A stretch of DNA of 64,000 nt, from NCBI RefSeq assembly GCF_006345805.1, contig NC_043002.1:118482001-118546000 (forward strand), in the 5' to 3' direction. The stretch is from Octopus sinensis (lineage: Eukaryota). The position numbers and the translations under genes are program-made. Under the pieces are notes generated by a model. The model was not told the origin of the DNA. It made no database searches and saw only the letters and a program-made list of their open reading frames with translations. Each line of letters starts with the position of its first letter. The first letter of the stretch is position 1. This document shows, piece after piece, positions 37,982 to 50,700 of the stretch.

Positions 37982-38371
37982 TCTATATATATAAAGCTGA
38001 AGTTGTCTGTGTGTGGCAGGTTTGGTAGCCTTTAACTAACACTATCTCCTTCGAGACCCTGCAGCGCAAGTTGACCAAAATTGAGAGTATGATAGAAGAA
38101 GGCTTGCTCTTCATTCTGTAGAAGATAAAATTCAAATCGGACCATGTTAACACCAAAAATTATTTACATCAAAAAGGTGCTTTTTTTTCTATGAAAATCC
38201 CTATTTTTTACGATTTTTGACTGCTGTGTCACCATTTTTCGGAGTATTTCAACTGGAAAAATGTTCACTTGAAGAGAATAACAAGTTGCATAATGCAAAA
38301 TTTTTACTTTTCAAAAATTCCAATTCTAAAGGGTCGAAACAAACCCAAGCAACACTGGGTGATACTGCTAG
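37982..38371 (+). mobile_element. Complete non-autonomous Helitron
   Basis: 5'-TC at 37982 after A; ACCCA/TGGGT hairpin at 38343-38360; CTAG at 38368-38371 followed by T. Confidence 0.8.
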
Positions 38372-38574
38372 TATATATATATATATGTAAGCAAGAAATA
38401 TAAATAATATTAAAAATAATATTACTATCCAGCAAGAATAAAGCACCATAAAAGGCAGAATTATAGATATAGAAAGCTGATGTACACGAAGTCCGATCAT
38501 TGCTATGTAGAGTTTTCAGCTGAGTAAACAGGCAGAGATGTAGTGAATATTTTAAAATTTGGTCATCAATGGTA

Positions 38575-38650
38575 GATTCAACTGAAGATAACCAATCAGA
38601 TTTGCACTCACGCATGTGATCCGAAAAGTTTGAAACTGTGGTATTGGATT
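38575..38650 (+). ncRNA. Near-intact minimal hammerhead in the loop of an old fold-back (about 38476-38810)
   Basis: GATTCAA-CTGAAGA-TAAC..GTTT-GAAAC-TGTG-GTA-TTGGATT; 7-bp stem I (2 G-U), U-U at the base of stem II. Confidence 0.6.
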
Positions 38651-38843
38651 ATCCTTCATTCCTCTAGCAGTCTCCAGACAGAATTTTCCTATATTCACCA
38701 CCCACAAACATGTCTGCCTGTAAACATTCAGTTGAAGCTCTACAGAGCGCCGATAGATTACTGGCTGTTATTTCTAGCAATGATCGTTCTTCATGTACAT
38801 CCGCCTCGTATATTTATATATATATATATATATATCTACACAC

Positions 38844-38925
<82 letters not shown>

Positions 38926-41400
38926 CATGATATATATGTTTGCATTAAGTGTTTATATATCTACATATATTTGTGTGTGTAAACGTGTGTGCTCACACAA
39001 AAACAAACATGCATATGCTCACACAATTTATGTGTTCATGTATGTATATTAACATATTAGCTTATATATACTTTTATGTGCATGTATACCATCATAATTA
39101 TTTCATGAGATCAGCCTTCACCAGATCTTTTTCATCTGCAGCCTCTTTCCACTTAACTAGCCAGACTCTTTTCCTCTCAACAACCATTCTTCATATCCAC
39201 TTATGAAGAATATCTGCAACAGCACACACTTTTCTCATGCACACTCGATTACACTGTTGCACATGCTTTTTTCTCCTTTCATCTCTACACTGTTCATGTA
39301 TACTGAAATTATACATCCAGGGGAGCATGCTTGCTTCATTTAATTTTTACCAGCTTTCATATAGACTCTTCAGTTAGTACTTTTGTCTCACTATTATGCA
39401 GTATCACACTTTATACACAAACATCATACAATGTGCTTTTCCCCAAATGGAAAAAAAAAAACTTACTGTTATTATTAGAATAGTTTTATTCATATTTTTC
39501 ACTGTACCTTTACTCTAGCAACTATCGTTTCGCAGCACCCACTTCTACTTATGATTAAATCCCTTACAGAAGTGAAGCTGTTGACTGCTTCTAGCAAGAC
39601 ATCTCGGTAGTTGAAAGATTTTACTGCATATTCTTACTCCTGTTTACTCTTCTTTGTCTGTTGCATATGTTGTTCTTCTCTGTCAACTTACCTGTGATCT
39701 CACTTCACCTTTTCTACATTTGTTGTTTATATTCGAGTGTGATCGTTACCAGCTTCGCCTTACTGGCACTTGTGCCCCGTGCTAGTAGGGTGCTAAGAGC
39801 ACCGTCCGAGTGTGATCGTTGCCAGAGCGGCTAACTGGCTTCTGTGCCGGTGGCATGTAGGAGGCACCATTCAAGTGGAATCATTACCAGCATCGTCTTA
39901 CTGGCACCTGTGCCGTTGGCATGTGTAAAAAGATTCGAGCGAGGTCGTTGCCAGTACCGCCTGACTGGCCCTTGTGCCAGTGGCACGTAAAAGCATCCAC
40001 TACACCGTCCAACCGTCAAACCGTCCAACCCATGCCAGCATGGAAAGTGGATGTTAAACGATGAGGATGATGATGATTCAACTCACAGAATAGAATTCTA
40101 GATTTTTTCTTTTCCTTCCATATGAAACATTACTTCTTCGGGTGACAGAGTGGAATTCTGTGTTTTTATCCGATAAAACTTTTCTCTTTTCTGGGTTTAC
40201 TTTTAGGACTTTTGAATCTGAAACCTGCTGCAAGTGTTGAAACTTTTTCCCTAAATACTTCATCTTATTTAGTTGTAGGAACTGGATCCCCAGCAAACAG
40301 GACATTACGGACAGCCAATGTTGAACTCCTCTCCTATGAGCTAAACTGGTGAGAGCTGAGGACTGTGCTTTGACAAATTCCTACAAGCTCAATACATCAC
40401 TGTCTTATTGCTAACTTCCACTTTGCTGACAACACATTGCTGTAAATAATCTGGATGGCTTTCACAAGTCATTCATTTACTACACTCAATGTTTTCCATG
40501 ACCATCAGTCTATAGAGTCTTTTTCCAGCAAGTGCTAATTATAATGGTTTATATGACTTATAGAGGTGTGTGGTTTAGTGGTTAGGGTGTTTGACTCATG
40601 ATCCTAAGATTTGATTCCTGGACCAGGTAATGCATTGTGTTCTTGAGCAAAACACTTCACTTCACATTGCTCCAGTTCACCATTAGTGGATGCATGTCAA
40701 TTAATGGTTAGGATGTTGGATTCATGACCATAAGATTGTGGTTTCGATCCCTGGACCGAGCAGTCCATTGTGTTCTTGAGCAAAACACTTCATTTCACAT
40801 TGCTCCAGTCCACTCAGCTGTAGAAAAGAGTTTAGCCTGGAGCTTAATGGGTTCTGCCAGGCTTTCTTGCTTTAGATACACTGCATGGTTGCATCACCTC
40901 AATGATTCCCAAGGGGTTAAGGGACTTGTCAATTGGCAAGCTAAAAATTTCTGTAGTTGTCTCACAAAGAAGAGTTATTAGTGGTTACTTGTCCTGATGG
41001 AAACTGTGTCCGTCTCATTGCAGATATGTGCTTGAGATTTGTATTCACGACACTAAGCAGGTGTAGATGTCAATTGGCAAGCAGGTGTAGATGTAATGGA
41101 CATAATGTGCTAATGTTTCACTTCTGTATTTTGTCTATTAATTTATTGTCAGCATTTATGTGTTTAATGCCATTGACAGCACCTGATTGAATGGTACTAT
41201 CCAAGTGTCAGAACTATAATGATATCTGTATAGCAGCTGAAGATGAAGGTATATACACTTTTATGTGTTCTTAGTTTGTGGTGGTTTTGTTATATTATAC
41301 CATACATTAACAATGTGTGATTGTCCTTCTATAAGATCCTAATTCTGGTAAGAGTTATGCTTGTTTCGGTGTGACTAGTTTAAGGAGGTTGATTTTGAAT

Positions 41401-41487
<87 letters not shown>

Positions 41488-41563
41488 ACACACACACACA
41501 CGCACACACACACACACCACACACACACAAACACACGCACACACACCACACACACACACACAC

Positions 41564-41594
<31 letters not shown>

Positions 41595-42450
41595 CACGTA
41601 TGAATTTTCATTCATTTGTTCATTCCTTTTCCTTGCTATATTAAGTTAAATGAATACATGTGGAACCTTGTTTTACAGCTAGATGCCCTTCCTCTTATCA
41701 ATCTTCAGCTATTTTCCAAGTTAGGGATTTTTCACTTGTCTTGGAAAGCACAGAGCTTGTGGGCAGCCAACAAACTAAACTATAGCTCAACACTTTCATG
41801 TAAATTACAGAATGTAAATGCAAATGTTTGCAAAGATATACACATATGCAAACGCATTCATTTACATGTAGGCATGTATGCATGTACTCATGTATGCATG
41901 TACTCATGTAGGCATGTACTCATGTAGGCATGTACTCATGTAGGCATGCACATGCATGTGCACACACGCATTATATGATAGCTTTCCATACTGTTTATTT
42001 TTACCAAATTATCTCATAATATATATATCTATATATTTTAGCTGAATTACCCAGTAATACCCGGAAAAGCAGGGTTTATTTCCAGTTCCAATTCCCATTA
42101 CACTGTTTCATCTCCTATCCTGTTCCCTATTCAGCTCCTGTTTTAGTTCCATGCCCATTCCTATCTCCAATCTTATGTCAATATGTACACACAGGTAATC
42201 ACAAGTTTAAAATGGTGTATAGTAGACATATGCATCTATATATGTATGTGTGTGTGTGTCTGTGAGTGAAAACAGACTGGGGCTTGGTGCAGCTCCAGCC
42301 AACCTATCTTACCCTTGCCAGCATGGCAAATGGATGCTAAATGGTAATGTTATACATACATACATACATACATACATACATAATCAGACACAAATTAAAG
42401 AACTTTTTATTATTTTCACATTTAATATTAAATTTTATATTTATTTGCAG

Positions 42451-42575
42451 GAACTGCTGTTGGTAAATTACTGACGCTTGGTGGAATAGGCATCTGGTGG
42501 ATTGTTGACATTATTCTTTTGATTACTGGATCTTTAAAGCCTGAAGATGGTAGCAGCTGGGTTCCCTATTACTGA
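42451..42575 (+). CDS. TM2D2: Terminal coding exon of TM2 domain-containing protein 2
   Basis: Acceptor ttatttgcAG at 42450; phase-1 start, (G)[43 protein letters not shown], matching from memory the vertebrate TM2D2 C-terminus [37 protein letters not shown]. Confidence 0.92.
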
Positions 42576-42812
42576 AGAGATTTTTTTTATTAACATATTT
42601 GTAGTGTTCAATTTGAGATGAAAAATATATTTGTTGTTTAAAAGTCTCAAAGCATAAGAGAAAATACAATGACTTGCAAAAATGCATACTTTGAAGACAA
42701 TGCTAATTAAAATCTGCATTCATCTATTAATGGTAAATTTGTATCAAATATGCCTTTTATATGATGTACTGCTTTTAATTTAAAGTTGTGCTTTATTGTT
42801 AATAATTACTTG

Positions 42813-42921
42813 AATAAAATTTCAACTAAAAATATCTGGACAGTTTCATATTTGGATGCTTATATTTTTGAAATAATATTTTATTCAGCCAAATTTATTC
42901 TAACCTGCCTGCATGAATAAA
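42813..42921 (+). terminator. Candidate polyadenylation signals of TM2D2
   Basis: AATAAA at 42813-42818 and 42916-42921, in an AT-rich, repeat-free 3' UTR. Confidence 0.5.
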
Positions 42922-43423
42922 TGGTTATGTAACATGGGAATAACACTTTCTTCTCTTTAACATTGCTTGTCTTTTGCCTTTTATTCTTTATTTGTGTCAG
43001 CTATTGGACTGCAGCCATGCTAGGGTACTGCCTTGAAGGGTTTCATTGAATGAATTGACCTTAGTATTTATTTTTTGAAGTCTTGTACTTATTCATTTGG
43101 GCTCTTTGACTGAACTGCTAAGTTACAGGGATGCAAACAAACCAACAGCAGTTGTCAAGTGGTGGAAGGACAAACAAAGACATACACATATATGCATACA
43201 CACACACACACACACACATGCATAAGACCAATCTCTTGGATTCTGTGGCATATATGTTCTCCGCTGGATGGAACACTGGTCTGTTGCAGGATTGTAATCC
43301 TGCAACTTTTACCAACCAAGTGGACTGGGGCAACAGGAAATAAGGTGCTTTTGCTCAAAAACTCAATGCATTGCCTGAGCTGGGAATTGAAACCAAAATC
43401 TTACAATCACTGAACCCTGTACC

Positions 43424-43470
<47 letters not shown>

Positions 43471-43473
<3 letters not shown>

Positions 43474-44350
43474 TCATCATCATCATCGTTTAACGTCCGT
43501 TCTCCATGCTAGCATGGGTTGGACGGTTCGACCGGGGTTCTGGGAAGCCAGAAGGCTGCACCGGGCTCCAGTCTAATCTGGTAATGTTTCTACAGCTGGA
43601 TGCCCTTCCTAACGCCAACCACTCCGTGAGTGTAGTGGGTGCTTTTTTACGTGCCACCTGCACAGGTGCCAGGCGAGGCTGGCAACGGCCACGGTCAGAT
43701 TGGTGTATTTTATGTGCCACCGGCACGGAAGCCAGTCAAGGCGGTGCTGGCATCGGCCACGAGTCGGATAGTGCTTTTTACGTACCACCAGACCAGGGAT
43801 CCTGGCTGGTTCAATTCGATTTCGATTTCGCTTGCCCCAACATGTCTTCACAAGCAAAGGGGGTTGGCATGGGTGCCGTACGACAGGCACCCATGCCAAA
43901 TATATATATATATATATATATATGTAGTGGACTTCCACACAGTTTCAGTCTACCAAGTTCTGTCAGAGAGCATTGTCAGCTTGAGGCTATAGTAAAAGAC
44001 ACTTGCTCAAGTGCCACACAGTAGGACTGAACCTGAAACCACATGACTGCAAAGTGAGCTTCTTAACCACACAGCAATGCTTGCACTTATTCAAGTTCTT
44101 ATTACACTTATTACATGCGAATTTTCAGTGTCGTTGATATTACTTTGTTTCCTTAATCTATGTGTTGTTTTATTTTTCCTATGTGATTATGAAGTGAATA
44201 TCATCATCATCATCATCATCATCGTTTAGCGTCCGTTTTCCATGCTAGCATGGGTTGGACGGTTCTACTGGGGTCTGTGAAGCCAGAAGGCTTCATCAGG
44301 CCCAGTCAAATCTGGCAGTGTTTCTACGGCTGGATGCCCTTCCTAACGCC
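43471..44350 (-). mobile_element. Two RTE 3'-end copies (43471-43860, 44200-44350) with a SINE fragment between them
   Basis: (CAT)n-CGTTTAACGTCCG..GATGCCCTTCCTAACGCC motifs. Confidence 0.8.
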
Positions 44351-44356
44351 AATATA

Positions 44357-44406
<50 letters not shown>

Positions 44407-45623
44407 TACATATATACACGTGCATATTTGTGTATGATGTGTTTATGCATATGTAAATATAGGAGCTTGTTTCTCATATAGAATAAATTAGAAATCTTTC
44501 TGGAAGATTAAATAAAAAATTATATTGGAGGATGTGTGTAAAATGCATATTTTTTAAAATAGCCTCTTGAGAGTAGAGGAAATGTAAAAGAATGCATACA
44601 CATACAACATATATATTACTACACACACATACACACACATGTATGTCTCCATACATATGCATATATCTATGTCAATATATATATATATATAATTATACAT
44701 ACACACATACATATAACTACATACATGAATACAGCATGGCGTTCAGATTTACATTTGCATTAATTTGTATAAACGTACCTATACATGTGTTCATTTATAA
44801 ATGTACATAAGCATTAGGTGAATAGAAAATCAAAGAATGCGAACATCCATATAAACAACTCACTGCCCAGGGCGTTTATAATTCTGAACCTCTTTCACTT
44901 ATGCCCTAACACTGCCTTTCCTTTTCCTTTCATTTCCCTTCCATTACCCATCTCCATCTACACTTTCCACAGTACTTTACCAACACATACCTATAATGTC
45001 GGGTAGTCGGGTTGCACTACATCTCATACCCAACCCTCCCCATTATTTTATCTGTGTAACTCTTTCTCACTATCTCCTTGATGTTACTTTTCACTTCCTT
45101 TCTATTACCCACTTTTCCTATCAGTATCAAAAATAAAGCTGTGTAACTCCAATAAAAACTATCTTGGGCTCTTACTAACTGTCCAACCCATTTTGACATG
45201 GCAAATGGACCGACCCATCTTATCAATGAGATCACCTACACAACCTGCTCTGTTACCATTACCACTTTGTCTTCTACCTTCACTCTTTTACCTGACATTA
45301 TTTCACCCTCACCTTCCTGTCTTCTCTAATCCTACTCTGAAACTTTCTCCCCTGTTATTCTATCCATTAGCATTCACGAGGTGATCTTTTAAGCATTGCA
45401 AGCTACAAAGAGACCCCAACAATGCTGGTGCCACATGCACACACACGCATACATATTGGAATAATCACTGAACCAAAGTTGATCATTATATATCTGCTTT
45501 CCATACTGATATAGGTAGAATGGTTCAACGAAATTCAAGGGAGCAGGAAATTGCCTCTTCCTCCTGTGTCTAACTTATGGCATGGTTTCTATAGGTTGAC
45601 GCCTTTCCTAACAAACCACTTCA

Positions 45624-46625
45624 CATGGTGCGTTCAAAAAGTATCTGACTTCATTTTTTCACGCCAAAACTAATGCCAGGAGGGAAAAACCTTTTGGATG
45701 AGAGGAAAAGTTACCTTTCCTGCGCATGTTTGAAAATTTTAGCCCCGGTAGACCGCATCATTTTCTGGCCGTTACTCTTAGAGTACAGCGCTCGTTGGAT
45801 TTTCGTTTTCACGCAAGATGACCGAACGCATCGAGCAGAGGCCATAAACTTATGTCTCAACACCAGTGAGGATGGTCTTCATTAAGTCTGGGTTGTGGTT
45901 TACACAGTCCTGCATGTCCTGAGGGATTTCCATACAGAATTGCTTCTGCTGTTCTGCCTGCACCTTGACGAATTTCGCCGACACTTTCCACATAAACAAA
46001 TCCTCCTCAAGATGGAATGCACTAATCTTATGCTTCTTCCCACTTCGTGAGCAATTTCCTTATTTGTTGTACGACTATTCGCCGAACTTACGCAATCGTT
46101 TCATTGTTTTAGCTTGTGGGCGGTCCGCCTGATCGCGCCTTGCTCTCCACTGCAGTATATCATTGTTTGAATTGGTTGTACCGCTCCTAGATTTGAGTTT
46201 TACCCATGGCATGATCGCCCAAGTGGAGGCGCAATGGCCCAGTGGTTAGGGCAGCGGACTCGCGGTCGGAGGATCGTGGTTTCGATTCTCAGACCGGGCG
46301 GTGTGTGTTTATGGAGCGAAAACACCTAAAAGCTCCACGAGATTCTGGCAAGGAGTAGTGGCGACCCCTATTGTACTCTTTCGCTCCAACTTTCTCTCAC
46401 TCTTTCTTCCTGTTTCTTGAGTAACGCTGCGATGGACTGGCATCCCGTCCAGCTGGAGGGGGGGGGGGACACATACACCACAGAAACCGGGAAACCGGGC
46501 CCATGAGCTTGGCTAGGCTTGAAAAGGGCACATAAATAAAAAAAAAAATCATCGGCCAAAGCCCTGCTGAATCTTCTGGATGGTTTGAGCTTGAGCATCA
46601 CCAAGCTTTTGGCAAAACTTAATGC
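45624..46625. mobile_element. Mariner transposon relic with an internal inversion, interrupted by a SINE
   Basis: Plus strand TIR-like start and ATG 45818 MTERIEQR; minus strand 46625-46550 CIKFCQKLGDAQAQTIQKIQQGF and 46220-45841 AMGKTQI..KVSAKFV..KTILTGVET*VYG. Confidence 0.85.
46223..46548 (+). mobile_element. tRNA-derived SINE
   Basis: A box TGGCCCAGTGG, B box GTTTCGATTC, A-rich tail; flanked by ATCGCCCAA/ATCGGCCAA, a likely TSD. Confidence 0.9.
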
Positions 46626-46959
46626 ACACACACACACACATACATACACATTCGTCTGTCGACTAAGGACAAAGAAATAAAAAGCCCATAAAAGTACATA
46701 TATTTATACACGCAATTAAACACACACACTCGCGTGTAAATTTAATTACATAAACATACAAATATAATTACATGCACATATCTGTATGCATACCCACATA
46801 TATAAATGCACTTATACATGGTTACATATATACATGCTCACACGCATGCACATACAAACACTCATGTATATTGTTGTCTTTATGACATACAAATACTGCA
46901 CATGTGGAACGTATATATATATATACATATATATACACACACATATATATATATATATA

Positions 46960-47134
46960 TGTGGAACAAGCTGCCAGACGAGATGGTGAAGATGCCGACG
47001 ACCGCTTTGTTCAAAGCCTCCCTTGACCTCAAGTGGCCTGAACTCTTTACATGAACACCACCCTGTACTTAACTCCATGTCCCCCTACATGGCCTTGCTA
47101 TTTGCTTTTGAGCCAAATTAACTAACTAACTAAC
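46960..47134 (+). mobile_element. CR1-clade LINE 3' end with (TAAC)n tail
   Basis: WNKLPDEMVKMPTTALFKASLDLKW, the conserved CR1 ORF2 terminus. Confidence 0.8.
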
Positions 47135-47245
47135 ATGTGTGTGTATATATATATGTGTATATATATATATGTATATATATATGTGAATATATATATGTAT
47201 ATATATATGTGTGTATATATATATGTGTGTATATATATATGTATG

Positions 47246-47289
<44 letters not shown>

Positions 47290-47291
47290 CG

Positions 47292-47368
<77 letters not shown>

Positions 47369-47644
47369 ATATCTATATCTATCTATCTATATATATATCT
47401 ATATCTATCTATCTATATATATATATATGGTAAAGCTTCAACAAAGTAGAATAGCACTCAACCAGTTAAGAGAGTAAAAATAATGTTATAATAAAAACTA
47501 CAAGTCTTGTGAAATACAGCTGCCCAGAGTTTCCCTGGGTAGGTGTATTTCATAAAACTTGTGGTTTTTATTATAAACAGTACAACACACACACACGCAC
47601 ACACATACGCACACACGCACAAGAAGTTCATTATACGCAGATGT

Positions 47645-47960
47645 ATACGCTGCCAGGTGCATTCTAGAACATTAAACATTTTTTTCAGGAAAGACATCTA
47701 TTAATTTCAAAGAAGTACAGAACTAATCACCTTCAAAGTAAGATCCACTGACTCCAGTGCACTTGTAGCGCTCCAGCCACTTCGTGAAGGCACCATAGAA
47801 GTCCTGAAAGGGATGGAGTCCAGGACCCTAGTCACAACCTCCTTCATTTTCTCAATATCTTTAAAATCACTGCCCCTGAGGTTCTCCTTCAGCTTGGGAA
47901 CAACCAAAAGTCACAGGAAGCAAAGTTTGAACTGTTTTGATGCTCATCTCTGTCAAGTAG
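47645..47960 (-). mobile_element. Mariner transposase C-terminal relic
   Basis: ORF 47707-47907 reads PKLKENLRGSDFKDIEKMKEVVTRV. Confidence 0.75.
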
Positions 47961-48783
47961 TTGGTTATGAAGATGGAGTTTTGGACTGGTGCATTATCTT
48001 TTCTTTTTAGTCACTCTCCCTCTCACCACCTACTCTCGATATGATCTACATTATATCTCCACCCCCAACATCCATTTTACGCATTACAGGCTCTATCATG
48101 TATATAGACGTAGTAAATTTGATGTCGTTTGTTTTTTCTTTTCTCTGTCCTCTCTTATTCCTTTCCCTTCACTTTGAAAAAGAATATTACCTAAAATCGT
48201 ATAGACTCTTCTGTTTCTTCCACAGTACATTTCTTTCACTGCTATCGGTTCGTTCCACTTTTCTACGGGTTTCCAACAGCCTGATTCGCTTCTCTGACTT
48301 TATGAAAAGTTTTCATTTGTCCCTTATCTGCCTCATAATCTTACACGTTTAATTTTGTGTGCTTTTATCTTTGTTTGTTTGTTTGTTTGTTTGTTTGTTT
48401 GTTTGTTTGTTTGTATGTATGTATGTATGTATGTATGTATGTATGTATGTATGTATGTATGTATGTATGTATGTATGTATGTATGTATGTATGAGTTTAT
48501 ATATATGTTTATATATATAATTACACACACACACACACACACACTTCCGTGTGTGTATGTGCGTGCATACATGTACATATTGCCAACATGTTCAAAGAAA
48601 AACTTCACTGGTATAATTATTTATTCAAATATTCCATTAAAACGTCGGAAAATCTTTATATCAGAGTTTTAAAAATTTCTATTATTGCTTTTAAGACCAA
48701 TTGGGAAATCTTACCTTTTGCTAAATCTTACAATTCTAATTGTTATTCTTGAAATTTCTTTAAAATAACAACCGCAATTATTA

Positions 48784-48825
<42 letters not shown>

Positions 48826-49389
48826 GTGCATGTGTGTGCGCGCGCATGCGCAGATGTACATACACTCACATATAATAATCCAGCATGTCCCCAAAAATTT
48901 TTACCAGTGTAATTATTCATTTAGATATTTCAGTAAAATGTCGAAAGCATAATTATCTTTTTATATTTGATTTTTACGATAACAAACAATACAAATAATT
49001 TAGACAAACAAGACACTGGATAGTGTTTTGTTTGCGTATATATTATCAAGAATCATGACAATAAAAGGGGATTCAAAAAATGTTTCGGTATAATCGATAG
49101 ACAAACAAACTCGGGAACAATGTCTGCATAGGGTCACAAGACGGTAACAAATATAGTACAAAAAATTACTGAGTCTTTCTAAAATTTCATGAAATTTTAA
49201 AAACTTGTATACTTGAATTTCGCGTGGACCAGCGAATAGCTGCAGCAGGCAAAGCTTACTGATATTCATTTTACCTATGTCGAAGCGTCCCAAGCTTGAT
49301 CACATATTGCAGGCACGACCTATACTGATATTAAAGCCATCAGATAGGATCGTTTTGTGGCTAGTTGGTGTGGAAAGAATTCTTATTAT

Positions 49390-50700
49390 GCTTTTACAAG
49401 ATAGAGTTTATTCCCGTTGAGTGAAAGAAATCACATGGCACCCACACTACAGCGTTAAGCGGTATTTAAGGATACGGTCACTCACATTAGATAGTAACGA
49501 CTCTCGACCAGGTTTCCAGGATTGCTCTGGTCACCTTGATGAAGTCGGTTTCCTTCAGACTGAAGTTGAAGATTTTACCGAGATTTCTCACTGTTTTTTC
49601 TGTGATAGACGGCCTCTGATCTTCCTCTATATTGAAGCAGAACTTGTTGGTGACATTCTCTGCCATATCTCCACGATGAGCTGTGTCACTACATTAGTGA
49701 ATTCAAAGTATGTAGAGTGTCTTGGTATACTTATCTTCTGTACTGACGTGTCGACTGTTCTGTAGAAAGTCGATCTGTTGGACATAATGCTGAAGATGAC
49801 ACAAAATTGGTCGATATTCTTAGATCTCCCCTCTTTGGGTATATATATCCCTTCATTTCCATGACTTGGTAACATTCACTCACCTTAAGGGTCTTCCAAA
49901 GCTGATGAAATAACTTTGAACAGTTCTTCTAGACCTTGTATGGGATTACACTTGGACTTGGAGCCGAGTCAAGGAAAGCTCCTTACATCTTCGTCTAAGT
50001 GCCTTGTATGAGACCAGTGGCTAGTCTCTTATTGTCGCTGTAAATATTCGTAAGGTGCTCATTAATGGCAACCTTGGAACAGGTCAATCGACCAACCCTC
50101 TCCAAATAGAAGAGCTGCTTTATCAATCGGTAGCGGTTAGCCAGGAATGCAGCTTTCTTCCTTATTCACCACTAGAAACTCCTTTCTGAGGATTAACCCA
50201 AGATTAGCCGTACCAACTTTTTCAACCGCTTCTAATTCCATGTACTGCTTTCTGAGAGACTTAAGTTCTTTCCTGAGATGCTGGATTTCTCTTAACCTGT
50301 AGTTTGGCACATAGACTGATGGTATGGACATGTCTTCCCCTCTCCCAACGCACTCAGCTGCAAAGTTCACTTTGGTGCTAGCCAGAGTTTCCAGCCAGTG
50401 CCACAAATCTCCCCAGGCAGTTCTTTCCAATATTCACTCAACATCTTCGTCGAATTGTTACCATTCAAATTTCTCTGATGAACGGAACCACTTGATCCTT
50501 GATTGGGCGGGTTGATAGCAGCTAACCTATGGGTCAGCCGGCAGATCACTGGCAACCACAGTGGGTGACAGAGGGAGTCTCTGGGATTATTGTTTGTCTC
50601 TGGGCCTGGCTCTTCCGTCAACTCACCGGGTATTTTTGTGCGCTGTCACCGTTTCCACTATCAAACGTCCTGTTTTAAGGTGAATGTTTAAGACCCTTGT
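49390..50700 (-). mobile_element. Decayed HERO/R2-group (RLE-type) non-LTR retrotransposon
   Basis: ORFs 49627-49875 (IYIPKEGRSKNIDQF..SVQK..NVVTQLI) and 50137-50430 (EIQHLRKELKSLRKQY). Confidence 0.6.

Noticed and set aside
40990-41020. CTGATG-GAAAC-TGT-GTC hammerhead-like string
   Set aside because: No stem II and no matching stem I 5' strand in the window.
42541-42580. CTGAAGA motifs in the TM2D2 exon
   Set aside because: No downstream GAAAC/NUH; explained by codons.
46223-46300. tRNA-gene-like A/B box sequences here and at other SINE heads
   Set aside because: They continue into SINE bodies and I could not fold a full cloverleaf; not called as tRNA genes.
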